DNA from: Eledone cirrhosa
Taxonomy: Eukaryota
Length of the DNA: 64,000 bases
Assembly: GCA_964016885.1 (NCBI GenBank)
Contig: OZ024759.1
Location: forward strand, 33,666,001-33,730,000
Direction: 5' to 3'
How positions within the stretch are numbered: position 1 is the first letter of the stretch; every line of letters starts with the position of its first letter. Shown here piece after piece: positions 14,254-29,449 of the stretch. Both the position numbers and the translations under genes were made by a program. The notes under the pieces were generated by a model. It made no database searches. It saw only the letters and a program-made list of their open reading frames with translations, and was not told the DNA's origin.

Positions 14254-14419
14254 GCATTGCATTATATAGTAATATATGTATAATGTAATAGTAACCTAGA
14301 TTGCCACAAAGGTGAACAGTTACAAAAGTTGGGACCAACGTATTCACATTCCTAAACACGTACTTATTCTGAAATGCAATAGCAGACATATATAAATGCA
14401 CAAGACCTCAGGACGACCA

Positions 14420-14560
14420 CCCTACTCGCCACCACCGGGTACAGATTTGGCTACCGGCATGTGTGAACCTCGCGAGCTGGAATGGCTTTTCCGGGGCGTC
14501 TCCCTCATCAACCTCCGGGTAAATACCGTCTCTATGCTATCATCCGGGACGTGGGCCCCA
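14420..14560 (+). mobile_element. CRE-clade non-LTR retrotransposon 3' fragment
   Basis: Translates EPRELEWLFRGVSLINLRVNTVSMLSSG, resembling the C-terminal 'WLFQRLSLAxxRGNA' motif of CRE elements. Confidence 0.65.
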
Positions 14561-15284
14561 AGTTGCTCATAATAGTGAGATATGTGAGGTGGAAAGAGAC
14601 AGAGGCAGTGACAGTGGGGGTTTGGTTCCTTTGTGTTCGGATCTGGTGTATATGTATATATTTCACAGTCACACATTCACACTGATATAATTAGAGTGTA
14701 GTTTGTTAATTCCCTCTCTAAACTTGCTAGTACATATTTCATCGGTCTGCGTGTTCAGAGCTGACCCAAGCTAAACAACAACAACAGCAACAACAAGTTC
14801 ACCTAGAACAACACTAAATAGAAATATAATAAAACAAAACAACAAACAAATATATATTGTCTTTAACAAGTCAGAAAGTTTATCAGGTTTACTCAATATT
14901 GGTTTGTGAAAGATAATAATTTCTTAAAACAAATAAAGTCTAGAGTTTGAAATGTTGATATATTGGTAATCAGTCTATTGTCGAACAGGTTAGTGAGGTG
15001 GCATCCATCTTGTGTCATGGGAACAAAACAACAAAAATCAAGAGCAACAGCAAGAACAACAAACCCAGACAAAAAAAGGAAAACAAAATAAAATAGAAGA
15101 ATTAAACAAAACAGAAGTAAAAGTCGAACAACGAAGAGGATTCCATGATAAATGATTATGTTGTGAGGGAAGAACAAGAAGTATTCGACGTTTCTGATAG
15201 GGATGTTTGTCGTAAAGAAGAAGGGGAAAAAGATAGAAATAATGATAAAATATATATTGTAATTGTTTTGATCCAATATAAACG

Positions 15285-15375
15285 CTAGAAAGAGAAATAG
15301 AATAGGATGGTTGGGACATGTGTTGAGGCAGGATGAAAATAAAGTTTAGGAAAATGTCTTAACAAGGACTGAACA
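15285..15375 (+). mobile_element. RTE-like LINE fragment
   Basis: Translates RKRNRIGWLGHVLRQDENKV*, the 'WxGHVxR' motif downstream of RTE-type RT. Confidence 0.55.
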
Positions 15376-15460
15376 TAGTAGAATCAGATTCCCATTGTCA
15401 CTGCCTCCGTCTCTCACGCTCTCTCTCCCCATCTCTCACTATTATAAACAAATGAGTCCT

Positions 15461-15665
15461 GGATTGGCAGTATCAGTAGAGCATCGGATATGCTTCGAAG
15501 CATAGAGTTACGGTCCTTCTTGTTCTGAGTTCAAATTCCACCGAGGTTAACTTTGTCTTTCATTCTTACGGGGTTGATAAATAACCTGTAATGCACTGGG
15601 ATCGATTTAATTGATTTCCCCCTCCCCACAAAAGGTTGCTGTCCTTGGACCTTACGTGAAAAAAA
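15461..15665 (+). mobile_element. tRNA-derived SINE with Meta-like central domain
   Basis: A box TGGCAGTATCAG, B box AGTTCAAATTC, core CTTTCATTCTTACGGGGTTGATAAATA. Confidence 0.8.
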
Positions 15666-15729
15666 TATATTATGAGCAAATGGTGATCAGTGCGCTGGTC
15701 ACATTGCAGCCCGGGGGGAGGGGGTTCTT

Positions 15730-15792
15730 ATTGCTCTTGTCGTGTGCCCGTGGAAACGCCTTCTCCATTCTGTCTGCCGGGGTTGTGGGGGT
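15730..15792 (+). mobile_element. CRE-clade 3' fragment
   Basis: Translates ARGNAFSILSAG; nucleotide similarity to 21721-21752. Confidence 0.6.
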
Positions 15793-16504
15793 ACAAGCCG
15801 ATATATTACGAATTCTGTTGAATAGTCTTAAATACTTTGATACACAGCACTTCATTCGGTTTCAACCTGTTCGTAAGGGTATATATATATCAGTATACAG
15901 TCAGTCTGAAGGGATTGTAAACAGTTTCATCCTAACCAATGTCACTCACAAACCTGAGTCGACCTGAGGTTCATGCCACTTGCACAAGACTGAACATTTC
16001 ACTTCCCAGAAATAGCAAAAGAAAAAAATACAGGGTATCCTTCTTTTCTAAGTAGGTAGTGTAAAACTGGAAGAGAATTTAACTGCATGGAAAATAGTTT
16101 GTTTATTTGGGTAAGGGAATCTGATCCTAAACAATTAGACGTTGCATATATGCAGAAGGAATTTATAGTTATTGCTCTAATTGCTGTAAATGCTAATTGA
16201 ACGATAATTATTCGCATGTATTATTTGAAACAACCCCACCCCAACCCACCTTCGCGTACACTCACTGGAGCCTTTATCAACAAACCATTTATCTTGATAT
16301 TAATTTCATCATTGAATCATTTATAATACATCATATGTTGTTGCTGTTGTTGTTGCAGTTGTTGTGTAACCCCCGAAGTAATTGAGTAAAATGTTAATCG
16401 ATATTACCACGACCATGATAATTCCGCCCCCTTTTCAAATACACTGCCCACCTAAATATATGTTTCTAATATGTCTCCATTATTCAAAGATACATATGTT
16501 GTAG

Positions 16505-16996
16505 TTTTAAGGTGTAGACTTGACTGCTATATCTAGCAGATAGCCCAGCCTCCTAGATGGTATTAAGAGAGACTTAACTGTTATGTCTAGCAGAGAAACT
16601 AGCCACGTACACGGATTTTAAGGGAGACTCGTCTGCTATGTCTAAAAGAAAGATTAGCCTCGTAGACGGTATGAAGAGAGACTTAACTGTTATGTCTAGC
16701 AGAGAGACTAGCCACGTAGACGGATTTTAAGGGAGACTCGTCTGCTATGTCTAACAGATATACTAGCCACGTAGATGGTGTTAAGGGAGGCTCGGCTGTT
16801 TTGTCTAGCAGAGAGACTAGCCACGTAGACGGTTTTAAGGGAGGTTCGACTGCTATGTCTAACAGCCAACGCAGCCTCGTAGACGGTTTTAAGGGAGACT
16901 TAACTGTTATGTCTAGCAATATTGTAACCTTGTAGACAGTTTTAAGGTAGACTTGACTGTTATCTCTAGCAGAGAGACTAGCCTCGTAGACGGTTG
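16505..16996. repeat. 54-bp minisatellite, about 9 copies, with A/B alternation
   Basis: Consensus GTAGACGGTTTTAAGGGAGACTTAACTGTTATGTCTAGCAGAGAGACTAGCCAC. Confidence 0.93.
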
Positions 16997-18114
16997 ATGC
17001 TGTGCTTTGCTTTGTTGTGTTGCTCCGGGAGGTTTTGATAAAGCTGATGTTATGAAACTTACATGGGCTGATAATTGCGTTCCTATAACCCATTCTTCAT
17101 CAGCAAAAATATGTCGATAGTTTTCTCTTTTATTAACTTAGATATATGATTGAAATTATCACGGGAAAAAAAAAAGAGTTTTCCCCTCTTAATGGCATTT
17201 TCAAAGCATTTTCGGAGAGTAATTACTCATTATGAAAATATGATTATATTGAGACGTCAGTTTATATAGTTAGATTGTCAATTTTTTATAAGTTTGTTTC
17301 GCTAAAGCCGTAGGCAGTTCCTTGTATAACTCTGACCAGGCACAATACGGCTGCTAATGGATGGTATAATGAAAACTGTTTCCATAACAGATTGTCTGAA
17401 CAATCTTCGTTTTCGGCATTAAATATATTGATTTCGTCTATGAACTATGTCTAACCTCTAATCTTAATGACGTAGCAAGCTGGAGGACAATACGTCTAAA
17501 ATATAAATCATAGTGAAGCTTCCGATTCTTATTGGATATTTAGATTTTAAGCACAATAGTAATATATCAATGCTGTAATCATTTACAGACTAAATGATCA
17601 AGACCGGTGAAGAATGGAGCAGCTTAGAGCAGTTATTAAATTACCTATGATGTCTGATGAGTAGCTAAAATATGACTGGTGTGGTGGTAGTGTTGGTGCT
17701 GGTAAGTTATAAATGATAAAATACAAATTCATGAACTATATGGAGTTGTTTGCTTGCCAAATATATTGAAAAGAATCCTGCTTTTGTTTCAACGCTGCAA
17801 AATTTATTTTGTTTTTAAGCTACGTTTATGGATAATCTTTGCATTAAGTACTCGTGACAGGAAGTGTCATGGCGCTGGTTGGTATGTAAATATCTACAAA
17901 AACAACATATTTCCAGAAATAAAAGGAAATGAAAAGTGGGTGGTATGTTTAGATATTATACTGCAAGAATCTGAGTTGATCCAGATTTCATAATAACTGT
18001 TGGTTATCTCAATAGCATTGATTTTGTTAGTAAATTCCGTTTGTTAGTTAATTCAGTAGTACTACTGTCGAAGGCATTTGCCAAATTCTTTATTTTCTTT
18101 ACGTTTACACTCTA

Positions 18115-18168
18115 CTAATGTATTGAGTACCTTACTTACTGTGGTTACCACCGATTGAACCCGAGAAT
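18115..18168 (+). repeat. Dispersed repeat end shared with 48153-48205
   Basis: AATGTATTGAGTACCTTACTTACTGTGGTTACC identical at both loci, each abutting a microsatellite. Confidence 0.75.
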
Positions 18169-18386
18169 CTCTCTCTCCCTCTCTCTCACACACACACGTA
18201 CATATATATCCTAATATCATTTATAAAGCAGAGCTAGACACTAGGTGGCAGTAGGCGATGCTCATCCGGAATAGAACGCAATAAGGCTAGGTCCAAATCT
18301 ATGTGGTGACGGAGCGAGCAACTTAAACAGATAGTTGGTGTGGATAGAGAGATAGCGAGATAGATAGATAGATATATTTCTTCATT

Positions 18387-18442
<56 letters not shown>

Positions 18443-18444
18443 GC

Positions 18445-18517
<73 letters not shown>

Positions 18518-19018
18518 GAGCTGGGATACAACATATATTACATCACAAGACAAAAGGAAATTTCAATGAACGAGAGTTACTTTTTCAAAATCTATGAAAC
18601 ATCATACTTAAAATTTTGAGAAAACTTTTCTTGAATTATAACTCTAAGATGTTATTGTTCGTAGGACTCTCATGAATATTCATGAGATGATTGTCTATGG
18701 TTTTTCGTTGATATGAGGTGCCAAAACTTACCGAATGATTTTAATTAACTGCAAAAGGAGTGGGATGGAAACGTGCAATTTACCCGGAGAAGACGTGAAT
18801 ATAATTGTTCTAGATACAATTAATAAGGCGACGGATACAATTGTAAGGATGTTAGGCCGCCATTTTCCAGTAATTTTAATAAATCTCTTGATAAAATGTT
18901 GCGTGTATATATGTAAGTACAGACATATATACATATATATAGAAATATATACGCGTATATAAATATACATATATCATACATGTATACTTATATATATTTA
19001 TGTATACTTATATATATT

Positions 19019-19205
<187 letters not shown>

Positions 19206-19601
19206 ATGTCTGTGTGTATATATTGTGTGTGTATGTATATAATGTGTGTGTATGTGTGTTTATTTCTATCTTTGTGGGTACATGATATTGATATGTGTTT
19301 TTGTTGGAGGTTACGTTAAGATTGTTCTTTGCTCACACGGGAAAGGGAACATAATATTATAATAAATATCAATACATATATGCATATATATATGTATGCA
19401 TATATATATATACATATGAATATGCATATATGTATATATGCAGAGTTGAGTATGTACTTATGATTGTGCTGTTGGGTGCATACATGCATATTATACCACA
19501 AGAGTTAGGAAAATGCAAATTTATTCGGCATAGGCGGGCGATTAATATGTGAGGTTGATGTGAATATGTAAAGGGCACTACAGTAAAATACGTATATAAC
19601 G

Positions 19602-19694
<93 letters not shown>

Positions 19695-19729
19695 ATATAT
19701 ATGTATATTTATATATATATATGTATATT

Positions 19730-19764
<35 letters not shown>

Positions 19765-19771
19765 GTATATT

Positions 19772-19806
<35 letters not shown>

Positions 19807-19809
19807 GTA

Positions 19810-19897
<88 letters not shown>

Positions 19898-19943
19898 TAT
19901 ATGTGTATATGTATATATATATATGTATAGTTATATATATATA

Positions 19944-19981
<38 letters not shown>

Positions 19982-19992
19982 GAGAGAGAGAG

Positions 19993-20040
<48 letters not shown>

Positions 20041-20648
20041 ACGATATAGATAGATAGATAGATATCTAGATAGATAGATGGATACAGAAACACAGAAGAT
20101 GTATACATACACATACGCCATGCGTGGTGTTTTATGGAATTATTTTTCGGCATGAAACTGCGTAATGCTTGTTATCGCTAGATCAAGGACAACTCTTCTC
20201 GAATGTTCTTTGAGAAATAAAGAAAAATGGGGGGTTGGGGCCACGAAAAAGGGATATAATGGAATATTTTATGATACATGCAAACAATTCTTCGTGAAAT
20301 TGTGCATCGTGATCGGAATATAATTCGCAGTCAAAGATATTGCGGCTAAATTGTGCAGTTAGAAAAAGAATGATGTCGTTATGTGTGTGTGTATGTGTAA
20401 ATGTGTGTATGTGTGTGGTGTGTGTGTGTGTGTGTGTATGTGTGTATGTATGTACGTGTGTGTGCATGTATGTATATATGTATGTGTGTCTGTGTAAGTG
20501 AGTATGCATGTTTGTTTCTCCTATATGTATTGTATAAATGCCTCTGTGAAAGCATGTAGCTATGCATGTAAATTATTATGCGTGTATGCATGGCATATGT
20601 ATATATATATGTATATATATATATATATATACATACATACATATATAC

Positions 20649-20696
<48 letters not shown>

Positions 20697-20807
20697 GTAC
20701 ACACAAACCCATGTATATATTCTTATACATAGGTATTCACGTATATATACTTATGTATATACATGCACGTAAACACGGCCACACACACACACATATGTAT
20801 GTACGTA

Positions 20808-20891
<84 letters not shown>

Positions 20892-20904
20892 CATACATAT
20901 ATAC

Positions 20905-20953
<49 letters not shown>

Positions 20954-21278
20954 GTATGTTTATATGGTACAGATGCTATCCTTACATAACAATGGATATT
21001 TTCTATAAATCCCTGCTTCGTTTTAACTGGTTCTGATTCCTCTATCTTTATAACATAATACCCTACACCTTCATAATAATTTGTTGATATCTGCTACTGC
21101 TGTCACAACTACTACCACTACTACTACTACTAATGCTGTTACTACTACTAAAACTTCTACTAGTCCTGCTACTGCTACTACTACTACTGGTGCTGCATGC
21201 TCCTATTCTTTCTGTAATAAAAGGATAATAATTAACTTCATTAGTGTAAAAATCATTGCTCTCTTATTTCATCTTTCT

Positions 21279-21325
<47 letters not shown>

Positions 21326-21331
21326 ACTCTC

Positions 21332-21418
<87 letters not shown>

Positions 21419-21671
21419 TGACTGAGAGCCCCAGTTTCAATTGGGGGTAGAACCCCTTACTATACTAAACATTATATATATATACATATATATATATACA
21501 GAGAGAGAGAGAGAGGGAGAGGGGGGGCTGAAGAGAGGAACGTGATGACATTTTTGTGGTGAGATATTTAGAAACATTAATGAAACGGATACAACAACCA
21601 TCACTGAACAGACGCCATCGTTTTTTTTAATGATCCACTAACAATTGCTTCTCCCCGTAGTATATAACTAC

Positions 21672-21768
21672 AACCCCTCGAGCTGGAGTGTCTTTTCCAG
21701 CGCGCCTCCCTTACCCTCCTCCGTGGGAACGCCTTCTCCATCCTATCCTCCGGCACTGTGGTAGGCTA
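21672..21768 (+). mobile_element. CRE-clade 3' fragment
   Basis: Translates ELECLFQRASLTLLRGNAFSILSSGTVVG*. Confidence 0.7.
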
Positions 21769-22193
21769 GGTGGGGGGGGGGTCATCGCGAAACATTTCAT
21801 ATTTATGTATCCCTATAAATGTTATTACATCATCAACGACGATAATATTAACAGAGGATTTACGGAAAAACTACAACATCATTCACTGCATAAAATAAGT
21901 TGTTTTCTTTCTGAGTTTATTATCACAACATATGATGTCATGGAAAGATTCCTAAAATAAAAATGAGGAAAAAAAAATGTTTGAAAATGTTTATCTTGAT
22001 TTTCACACTATGGTGTCAAGAGGTATCCTATACACGGACCAGAATGATATATTTAAAAAAAAAGAGCTTATTTGTATCTTCTATTCCCTTAGGTGCTGAA
22101 TGTGTACTGACAACGCCAAAAGCAGTGGAGATACATGAATTATTCTAACTGAGAATATGACATTTTGCACTGTCAGACAAACGCCAGAGATTA

Positions 22194-22239
<46 letters not shown>

Positions 22240-22319
22240 ATGTGAGTGCGTGTGTGTTTCTGTGTTTGTTTGTGTATATGAATATATATGTGTGTTTATG
22301 TCTATATAAATTCATGCAC

Positions 22320-22366
22320 ATATATTATGTATATATATGTATATATATTTATATAAACATAAATAA

Positions 22367-22409
<43 letters not shown>

Positions 22410-22558
22410 AACATATATAAACATATATATATACATATTTATATACATATATACACACACATATATATATACATATATATATATAGAGATATATATACAT
22501 ATACATATTTATATATATATATATACATATATATATATACATATACATATTTATATAC

Positions 22559-22595
<37 letters not shown>

Positions 22596-22648
22596 CATAT
22601 ACATATTTATATACATATATATACATATTTATATACATATATATATAT

Positions 22649-22722
<74 letters not shown>

Positions 22723-22880
22723 CATATATATACATATATATAATTATATACATATATATATACATATATATATTTATATATATATATATATATATATATT
22801 ATGCATATATATATATACATATACACATATATATACATTTATATACATATATACATATATATATATATTTATATATATAT

Positions 22881-22915
<35 letters not shown>

Positions 22916-23157
22916 CAATATATACATATAGATATAGATATATATAGATATACAGACATGTGCGTGTGTGTGTGTGTATGTGTGTATGAATGTAAGCATG
23001 TATACGATATTCAATTGTGACTGTGACGGTCAAAAGTCAATTTTCCGTTTCCAGTCTAACAGCACATACACACACCACAAATATATATGTATTTATACAC
23101 ACACATATATGTATTTATACACACACACAAATATATATGTATTTATATATATTTATA

Positions 23158-23219
<62 letters not shown>

Positions 23220-23226
23220 ATATATA

Positions 23227-23285
<59 letters not shown>

Positions 23286-23338
23286 TCATATATATATATA
23301 TATATACTCATATATATATATATATATATATTTATATA

Positions 23339-23375
<37 letters not shown>

Positions 23376-23433
23376 TCATATTACTGTTATTAATTCTGGC
23401 AATATTACACAAATATGACCATATATATATATA

Positions 23434-23510
<77 letters not shown>

Positions 23511-23582
23511 TCATATATATATGTATATATATATATATATATATACTCAAATATATGTATATGCTTATATATATATACATAT
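22320..23582. repeat. (TA)n-based compound microsatellite
   Basis: Direct reading. Confidence 0.95.
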
Positions 23583-25334
23583 GTGTGTTGGGTGTATATA
23601 CATCTACATATGCTGGTTTCCATTGCATAAAAGCACAGCTTCAATACAAATAAAGTGCTTTCTAGTATTTCTAACTCATTTAATCCTTCTCCAGTTGATT
23701 CTCTCCCCGTCCTTCCTTCTCTACTTCGTTTCTAAAACCCAGCAACCCACCATGTCTTTGAAACATCCTTCTACACACATCGCAGCATCCAACTTTACTA
23801 CTTATTGAGTAATTCCACTGAATTGTTAGATTCTATGAGTACATTGTTTCGCTGGTGCCACAGCTGGAATTCTCTGATCTTGGAATTCGATGGTTCACTT
23901 GAACAAGCTTTTCACTTATGATCTCTGATTGCTCTCATTTTGTTTCATATCATAATTATTAATTCTATGGAAACATTATATGAACGAGACTGTTGAATTT
24001 GTGTGATTGTGTCACGGTGTGTTATCGTTGGCGTTGGTAAACGCTGTTATTGTTGTTGATGTTGTTGTTGGTGGTGGTAGTCTTGTGGTGGTTTTGGTGG
24101 TAATGTTGGTTTTAGCGGTGGTTGTATTTGAGGTACTAGAGACTGATGTATGTGATTGTGGTATTGGTGGTGCTTTGGTTGGTGGTTGTCTGGTTGTTTG
24201 GGGTTGTAGGATTAGTTTTAACAGTTGCGGTATGTGTAATACTGGCGGTTGTCATTATGATATAGGTGGCGGTGTGGCTGGTGGTCGAGTGATGGTTTTG
24301 GTGGTAGTGTTGGTGTTGCTAGTGGTGGTAGATAATATAGTTGTTTAAGTTGTTTAAAATGTGTGTGGTTATGTTGGTGCCATTGTTGCTGGTGTTGTCA
24401 TGTGACAGTTTTGGTGGCAGATTGTAGATGGTGATTGAGTTCTTATAGTGGTTGAGTATCTGGATGTGTTTGGTGGTGGTGACTGTGAGGAGAGAAATGT
24501 GAATGGTCGCAGTGTATGTTAGTTGTGTTGTTAATGGTTAGTGAATGACAGGAATTATTGTGTGTGATTGCTGCAACCAATATATGCTGTTGTGTTAGAG
24601 AAAGGATGATAGCGGCTCAGGTAGAATTAACTTTACTCTTACTAATATTAATGTCGTTGTTTTTCTCGGTGGTGATGGTAGCATAATAATTCTAATGATG
24701 GAGATGGTGCTTCTATTATGGCTAGTAGTCTTAGTTAAAGTCTGGCAGATAGTGGTGAGTGCATTGGTAATAGCCCTCAGCGTATAATTATAGTAGTTTT
24801 TGTTGAGGCAGGGGCTGGATTTGGTGGTGTTGATTGTGGTCCTAGTCACGGTTATGTGCACTGTTTATGTTGATGATGTTGATGTTGATGGACACAGTCC
24901 AGTGAGTGACTCTGATAGAGATATAATTGTTTGTGTTTGTGTTTGGAGTGGTGATAATGGTAGAATATATGTTGATAATGTTGTTTTTGATCTCCGCAAT
25001 GATAATACTGGTTCTCAGAGAAAGACAGCTGTTGGTGGCTGTGTTTGTGTTGGTGGCAATATAATGGTTATACTGGTGTTTAAAATGGTCATATTTATGT
25101 TGATAGTGGTAGCTTTTATTGTGATAATGTTGTTTATGGTGGCTGTAAAGTGAATAGCGTTTATATGTGAATTATAGTTGTTTTTTTTACGGGAGTGTGT
25201 TTTTTAAATTAAATTTCCAGTGACACTGTGTGAAATGCCTTTAGCGTTACCAGAAACCACCATATTAGATTAAGAAAGGAAGACGAAATAACCGTCTATT
25301 GAAATACAAATGAAATATATGTGCACATATATAC

Positions 25335-25380
<46 letters not shown>

Positions 25381-25402
25381 AAATATATTATTTTAATAAA
25401 TA

Positions 25403-25444
<42 letters not shown>

Positions 25445-25445
<1 letters not shown>

Positions 25446-25513
25446 TTATTTAAATGTTAAACAAGGTTCAATGAATAAATCAAAGAATGAGTTTTACAAT
25501 AGATTGGAAGCAC
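25445..25513 (-). mobile_element. Family B element 3'-end fragment in (TA)n
   Basis: Near-identical to the reverse complement of 41038-41104; similar to 35075-35110. Confidence 0.8.
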
Positions 25514-25524
25514 TATATATATAT

Positions 25525-25555
<31 letters not shown>

Positions 25556-25600
25556 TATATATATATACATACATACATATATGTACATATATATATATAT

Positions 25601-25761
<161 letters not shown>

Positions 25762-25793
25762 CATACATATATGTATATATACATACATATATG

Positions 25794-25827
<34 letters not shown>

Positions 25828-25896
25828 CATACATATATATATATACATACATACATACATATATATATATATATACACATATATACATATATATAT

Positions 25897-25929
<33 letters not shown>

Positions 25930-25932
25930 CAC

Positions 25933-26015
<83 letters not shown>

Positions 26016-26559
26016 CATACAAATATGTAAAACGAAATATGAAATACAGAATGAAACTAGGAAAACAAAGAAGATATAACATAAAAATAAAGAAAATAAA
26101 ACGTATTGGAACGCACCCTCTTCTAAAGTATATACAGGAGAATATTTAAAAGTATATAGAACATAGATGTCAATGTTTTTATAGAGTTGTCTAGAATGCT
26201 GGTCAGTATTTGCTCCAACTCATGTCGCTCTGAGTTCGAATACTACCGCGTTTGAATATTTCACTCATCTCTTTAAGGTCGATAAATAAATATCAGTCCT
26301 ATTTTTTGTGTTCTTATATGTGGGGCACGATAATTCTTCTATACCACTTTCTCAATTTCCCTCTCTCCATGTGTTTCTTTTTGTCTGGGAGTATACACTT
26401 GTGTTTAAATGTGTCAAGGAGGTCAAATTCGTTCATTGTCTCTCTGGATCGATAAAATGTATTATCCTGCATATACAGTGATCGTGGTAATTGATTTGCC
26501 ATTGGTTCTGTTATTGCGCTTGAGTAAGGAATCGTTATTTTTAATGTCGTAGAGCGTTG

Positions 26560-26958
26560 ATGGGCAAAATCGGTAGAGCGTCTGACACCACACTTTGACG
26601 CATAGGTTTAGGTCCCTTTACATTTCAAATTTAGCCAAGGTTAGTTTTGCCTTTCATCCTTACAGAGTCGATAAAATAAAGTATCTGTGTTACACTGGGG
26701 TCGATATCACCGACTTCCTTCCTCCCTCAAAATGTTTAACCTTGTGCATGAATTAGAAACAATTATTTCTATCATTGCAGTATCAGTAGTGGATTGGACA
26801 TTCTGCTTTGCAGCATAGAGGTACGGATCTTTACGTTTTGAGCTTAAATCCCATCGAGGTTAACTTTGTCATTCATCCTTATGGGTTCGATAAAATTAAG
26901 TACCAGTAATACACTAGTGTATTTGCTGGCCTTGTGCCAAAAGTAGAAACAATTATTT
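26560..26958 (+). mobile_element. Two tandem Meta-like tRNA SINEs
   Basis: Cores GCCTTTCATCCTTACAGAGTCGATAAAATAAAGTA and ATTCATCCTTATGGGTTCGATAAAATTAAGTACCAG; tails ending AGAAACAATTATT. Confidence 0.85.
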
Positions 26959-27495
26959 CCATCGTTGTAATTTACGAAACAGCATTAGTCTAAAGATAAA
27001 GACAATTATATATTCCGATTCGTTGTTATAAAACTGATGGCAAACAGAGAATTTTTTTACTATGATATTTAAGGATACATGAATATATTGCGGTAATTCA
27101 TTTTATTTATTTCGTTAAAATTTTAATTCGAATTTAAAACATCAATTTATGGTTTCAAAGAGACGTTCGATTATTTTCATGATTTAATTTTTTTAATTGC
27201 CTCTCCAGAGTAGCGAGAAAGCGTTTACTCGCCTCATGTGATGGAGTTAAGTTCACTTGGTACCAACATCTGAGTTTATTTTATGAAATCAAGATAGCGA
27301 AGTGGCAGGGTATTTAAAGCGTAGGATCAAACGTGATGTGTCATCTTAACTGACTTTCTTTCTACTGTGAGTTCAAATTCTACCTGAGTCAACACCTTAT
27401 CGAAATTGATAAACGAGGTTCGAATCCATGAGTATGTATTTACGGCCGTTTACTTTCAGGTTTTAAAACCATTATTATTGGTAGACCGCATGATA

Positions 27496-27713
27496 AATAA
27501 TTGTTTGTACTTTAGGTACAAGGCCAACAATTTGTAGGGAAGGGGAAAGTAGATTAAATCGACCACAGTGCATTACTGGTAGTTTATTTTATCGACCCCA
27601 TAAGGATGAAAGGTAAAGTTAACCTCGGCCGGATTTGAACACATATCATAAAGGGCCGTAACTCTATGCTGCAAAGCATGGCGTCCGACCCTCTACCGAT
27701 ACTGCCAATACAC
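27496..27713 (-). mobile_element. Near full-length Meta-like tRNA SINE
   Basis: Reverse complement of head, core and tail of the family. Confidence 0.85.
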
Positions 27714-28217
27714 CACCCTCTTTTCTGAATACAATAATCCCCCAAAATTGCTGGCCTTGTGCCTATATCAGATACCAGTATTGTATTCAGAAGACGAAAT
27801 AACATAAATACTACAATTGTTTTTATAAATTGTACATCCGTTTTCCTCTCCTCGGAATGGCTTAATCTTCCTCTCATAGAAACCAGTGGAATGGAATACA
27901 AACAAATATAAATTATGTAATGGTATGTACTTGGCACTGTCCAAGACCAGTGAGATAATAACTATTTAATGATGATTATAATTAATTAAATGCTGGAATA
28001 ATCACCTGCATTAGCTCACTCAAGTCCATGCTATAGTAGATCAATATTGAAGGGAAAGCCAGCATAATCGGCAACATTTGGGGTAATACCATATATAGTA
28101 AGAGTATGTGTGATACCATAAATGTCGTGAAATACAAAATATTGTTAAATACATGTCGGCACATGGTCCGCTCATTCATATATCTGTGAAATGTGTTCAA
28201 CATAATTCTATCCATAA

Positions 28218-28399
<182 letters not shown>

Positions 28400-28400
28400 A

Positions 28401-28560
28401 TGGCCGCTAGTCTCTGTGGTATTTGTATGTTTTAACGGCTACATATATATAAATATATATATATATATATACACCCAAACTGTCAAGAGCGTGAACCTAA
28501 TAAACTTTGGTTTGTACTGCCTCTCTGTGTTTGTTCCCGTCCACGTTTTCACTATATATA

Positions 28561-28609
<49 letters not shown>

Positions 28610-28653
28610 CCGTTAAAACATACACATCCCACAGAGAACAGATACCTGCGGCC
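28401..28653. repeat. Inverted repeat pair enclosing TA tracts and a unique island
   Basis: TCTCTGTGGTATTTGTATGTTTTAACGGCTA versus TAGCCGTTAAAACATACACATCCCACAGAGA. Confidence 0.8.
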
Positions 28654-28751
28654 ACATACATTTATATATATGTATAGATATAATCGATATATGTTATATA
28701 TTCGATATATATATAGATATAATCGATATATGTCATATATTCGATATACAC

Positions 28752-28798
<47 letters not shown>

Positions 28799-29449
28799 GA
28801 ACTAAATGATTACGGACGATAATGAATATATATATATTAACATACTTCTCATGGAATCACGTGGATGAAGAATAATGAGATGATGAGATGGAAGATGATG
28901 AAGAAGGGGAGTAGGAAGAGGCTGCTTAGAGGAAAAGGCTGCTCTCTGAAGAAAATATCATGAGGATTTGATAATGGGTGATGATGGCGGTGGGGTGGGG
29001 GGTGTTGGGAGGGTGACAGGAAGGAAATAAGGAAAGAAGGAAAGAAGGAACGAAAGTAAGAAAGAAGGATGAAAGAAGGCCAGAGGAGGTGGAAGACCCC
29101 CACTCCCTCCATTTCTACAGTGTTCTACGCAGCAATGTTAAATATGATTGTACACGCTTGTATCTGCGAATGTCGTGAGCTGCATGCGAAATGCGCAGCA
29201 TCGCTCGTCAATAACAATGGAAGATGAAATTGATGGAGCATAAGACGTTGTAGGCTATCCAACTAATAAACCCTGACAAGACATGCCACCATAACAAGTT
29301 GAATACTTCTACTGGCTGTTTTCTCTGATGCTGTAGGTATTACTGCCATATATATTGGCAGGGCAAAGTGAAAACACAGGTGTTTGTTGCAGATGGCAGT
29401 ATTAAAATATCTCGACTGTGTCTTCTTTAATATAACATATTTCTAACGA

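Noticed and set aside
16505-16996. CRISPR-like periodicity, also 11505-12065 and 62511-62841
   Set aside because: Whole units repeat with no unique spacers; no cas genes; eukaryotic context
17651-17680. CTGATGA as a hammerhead core
   Set aside because: Followed by AAAA rather than GAAA and no supporting stems
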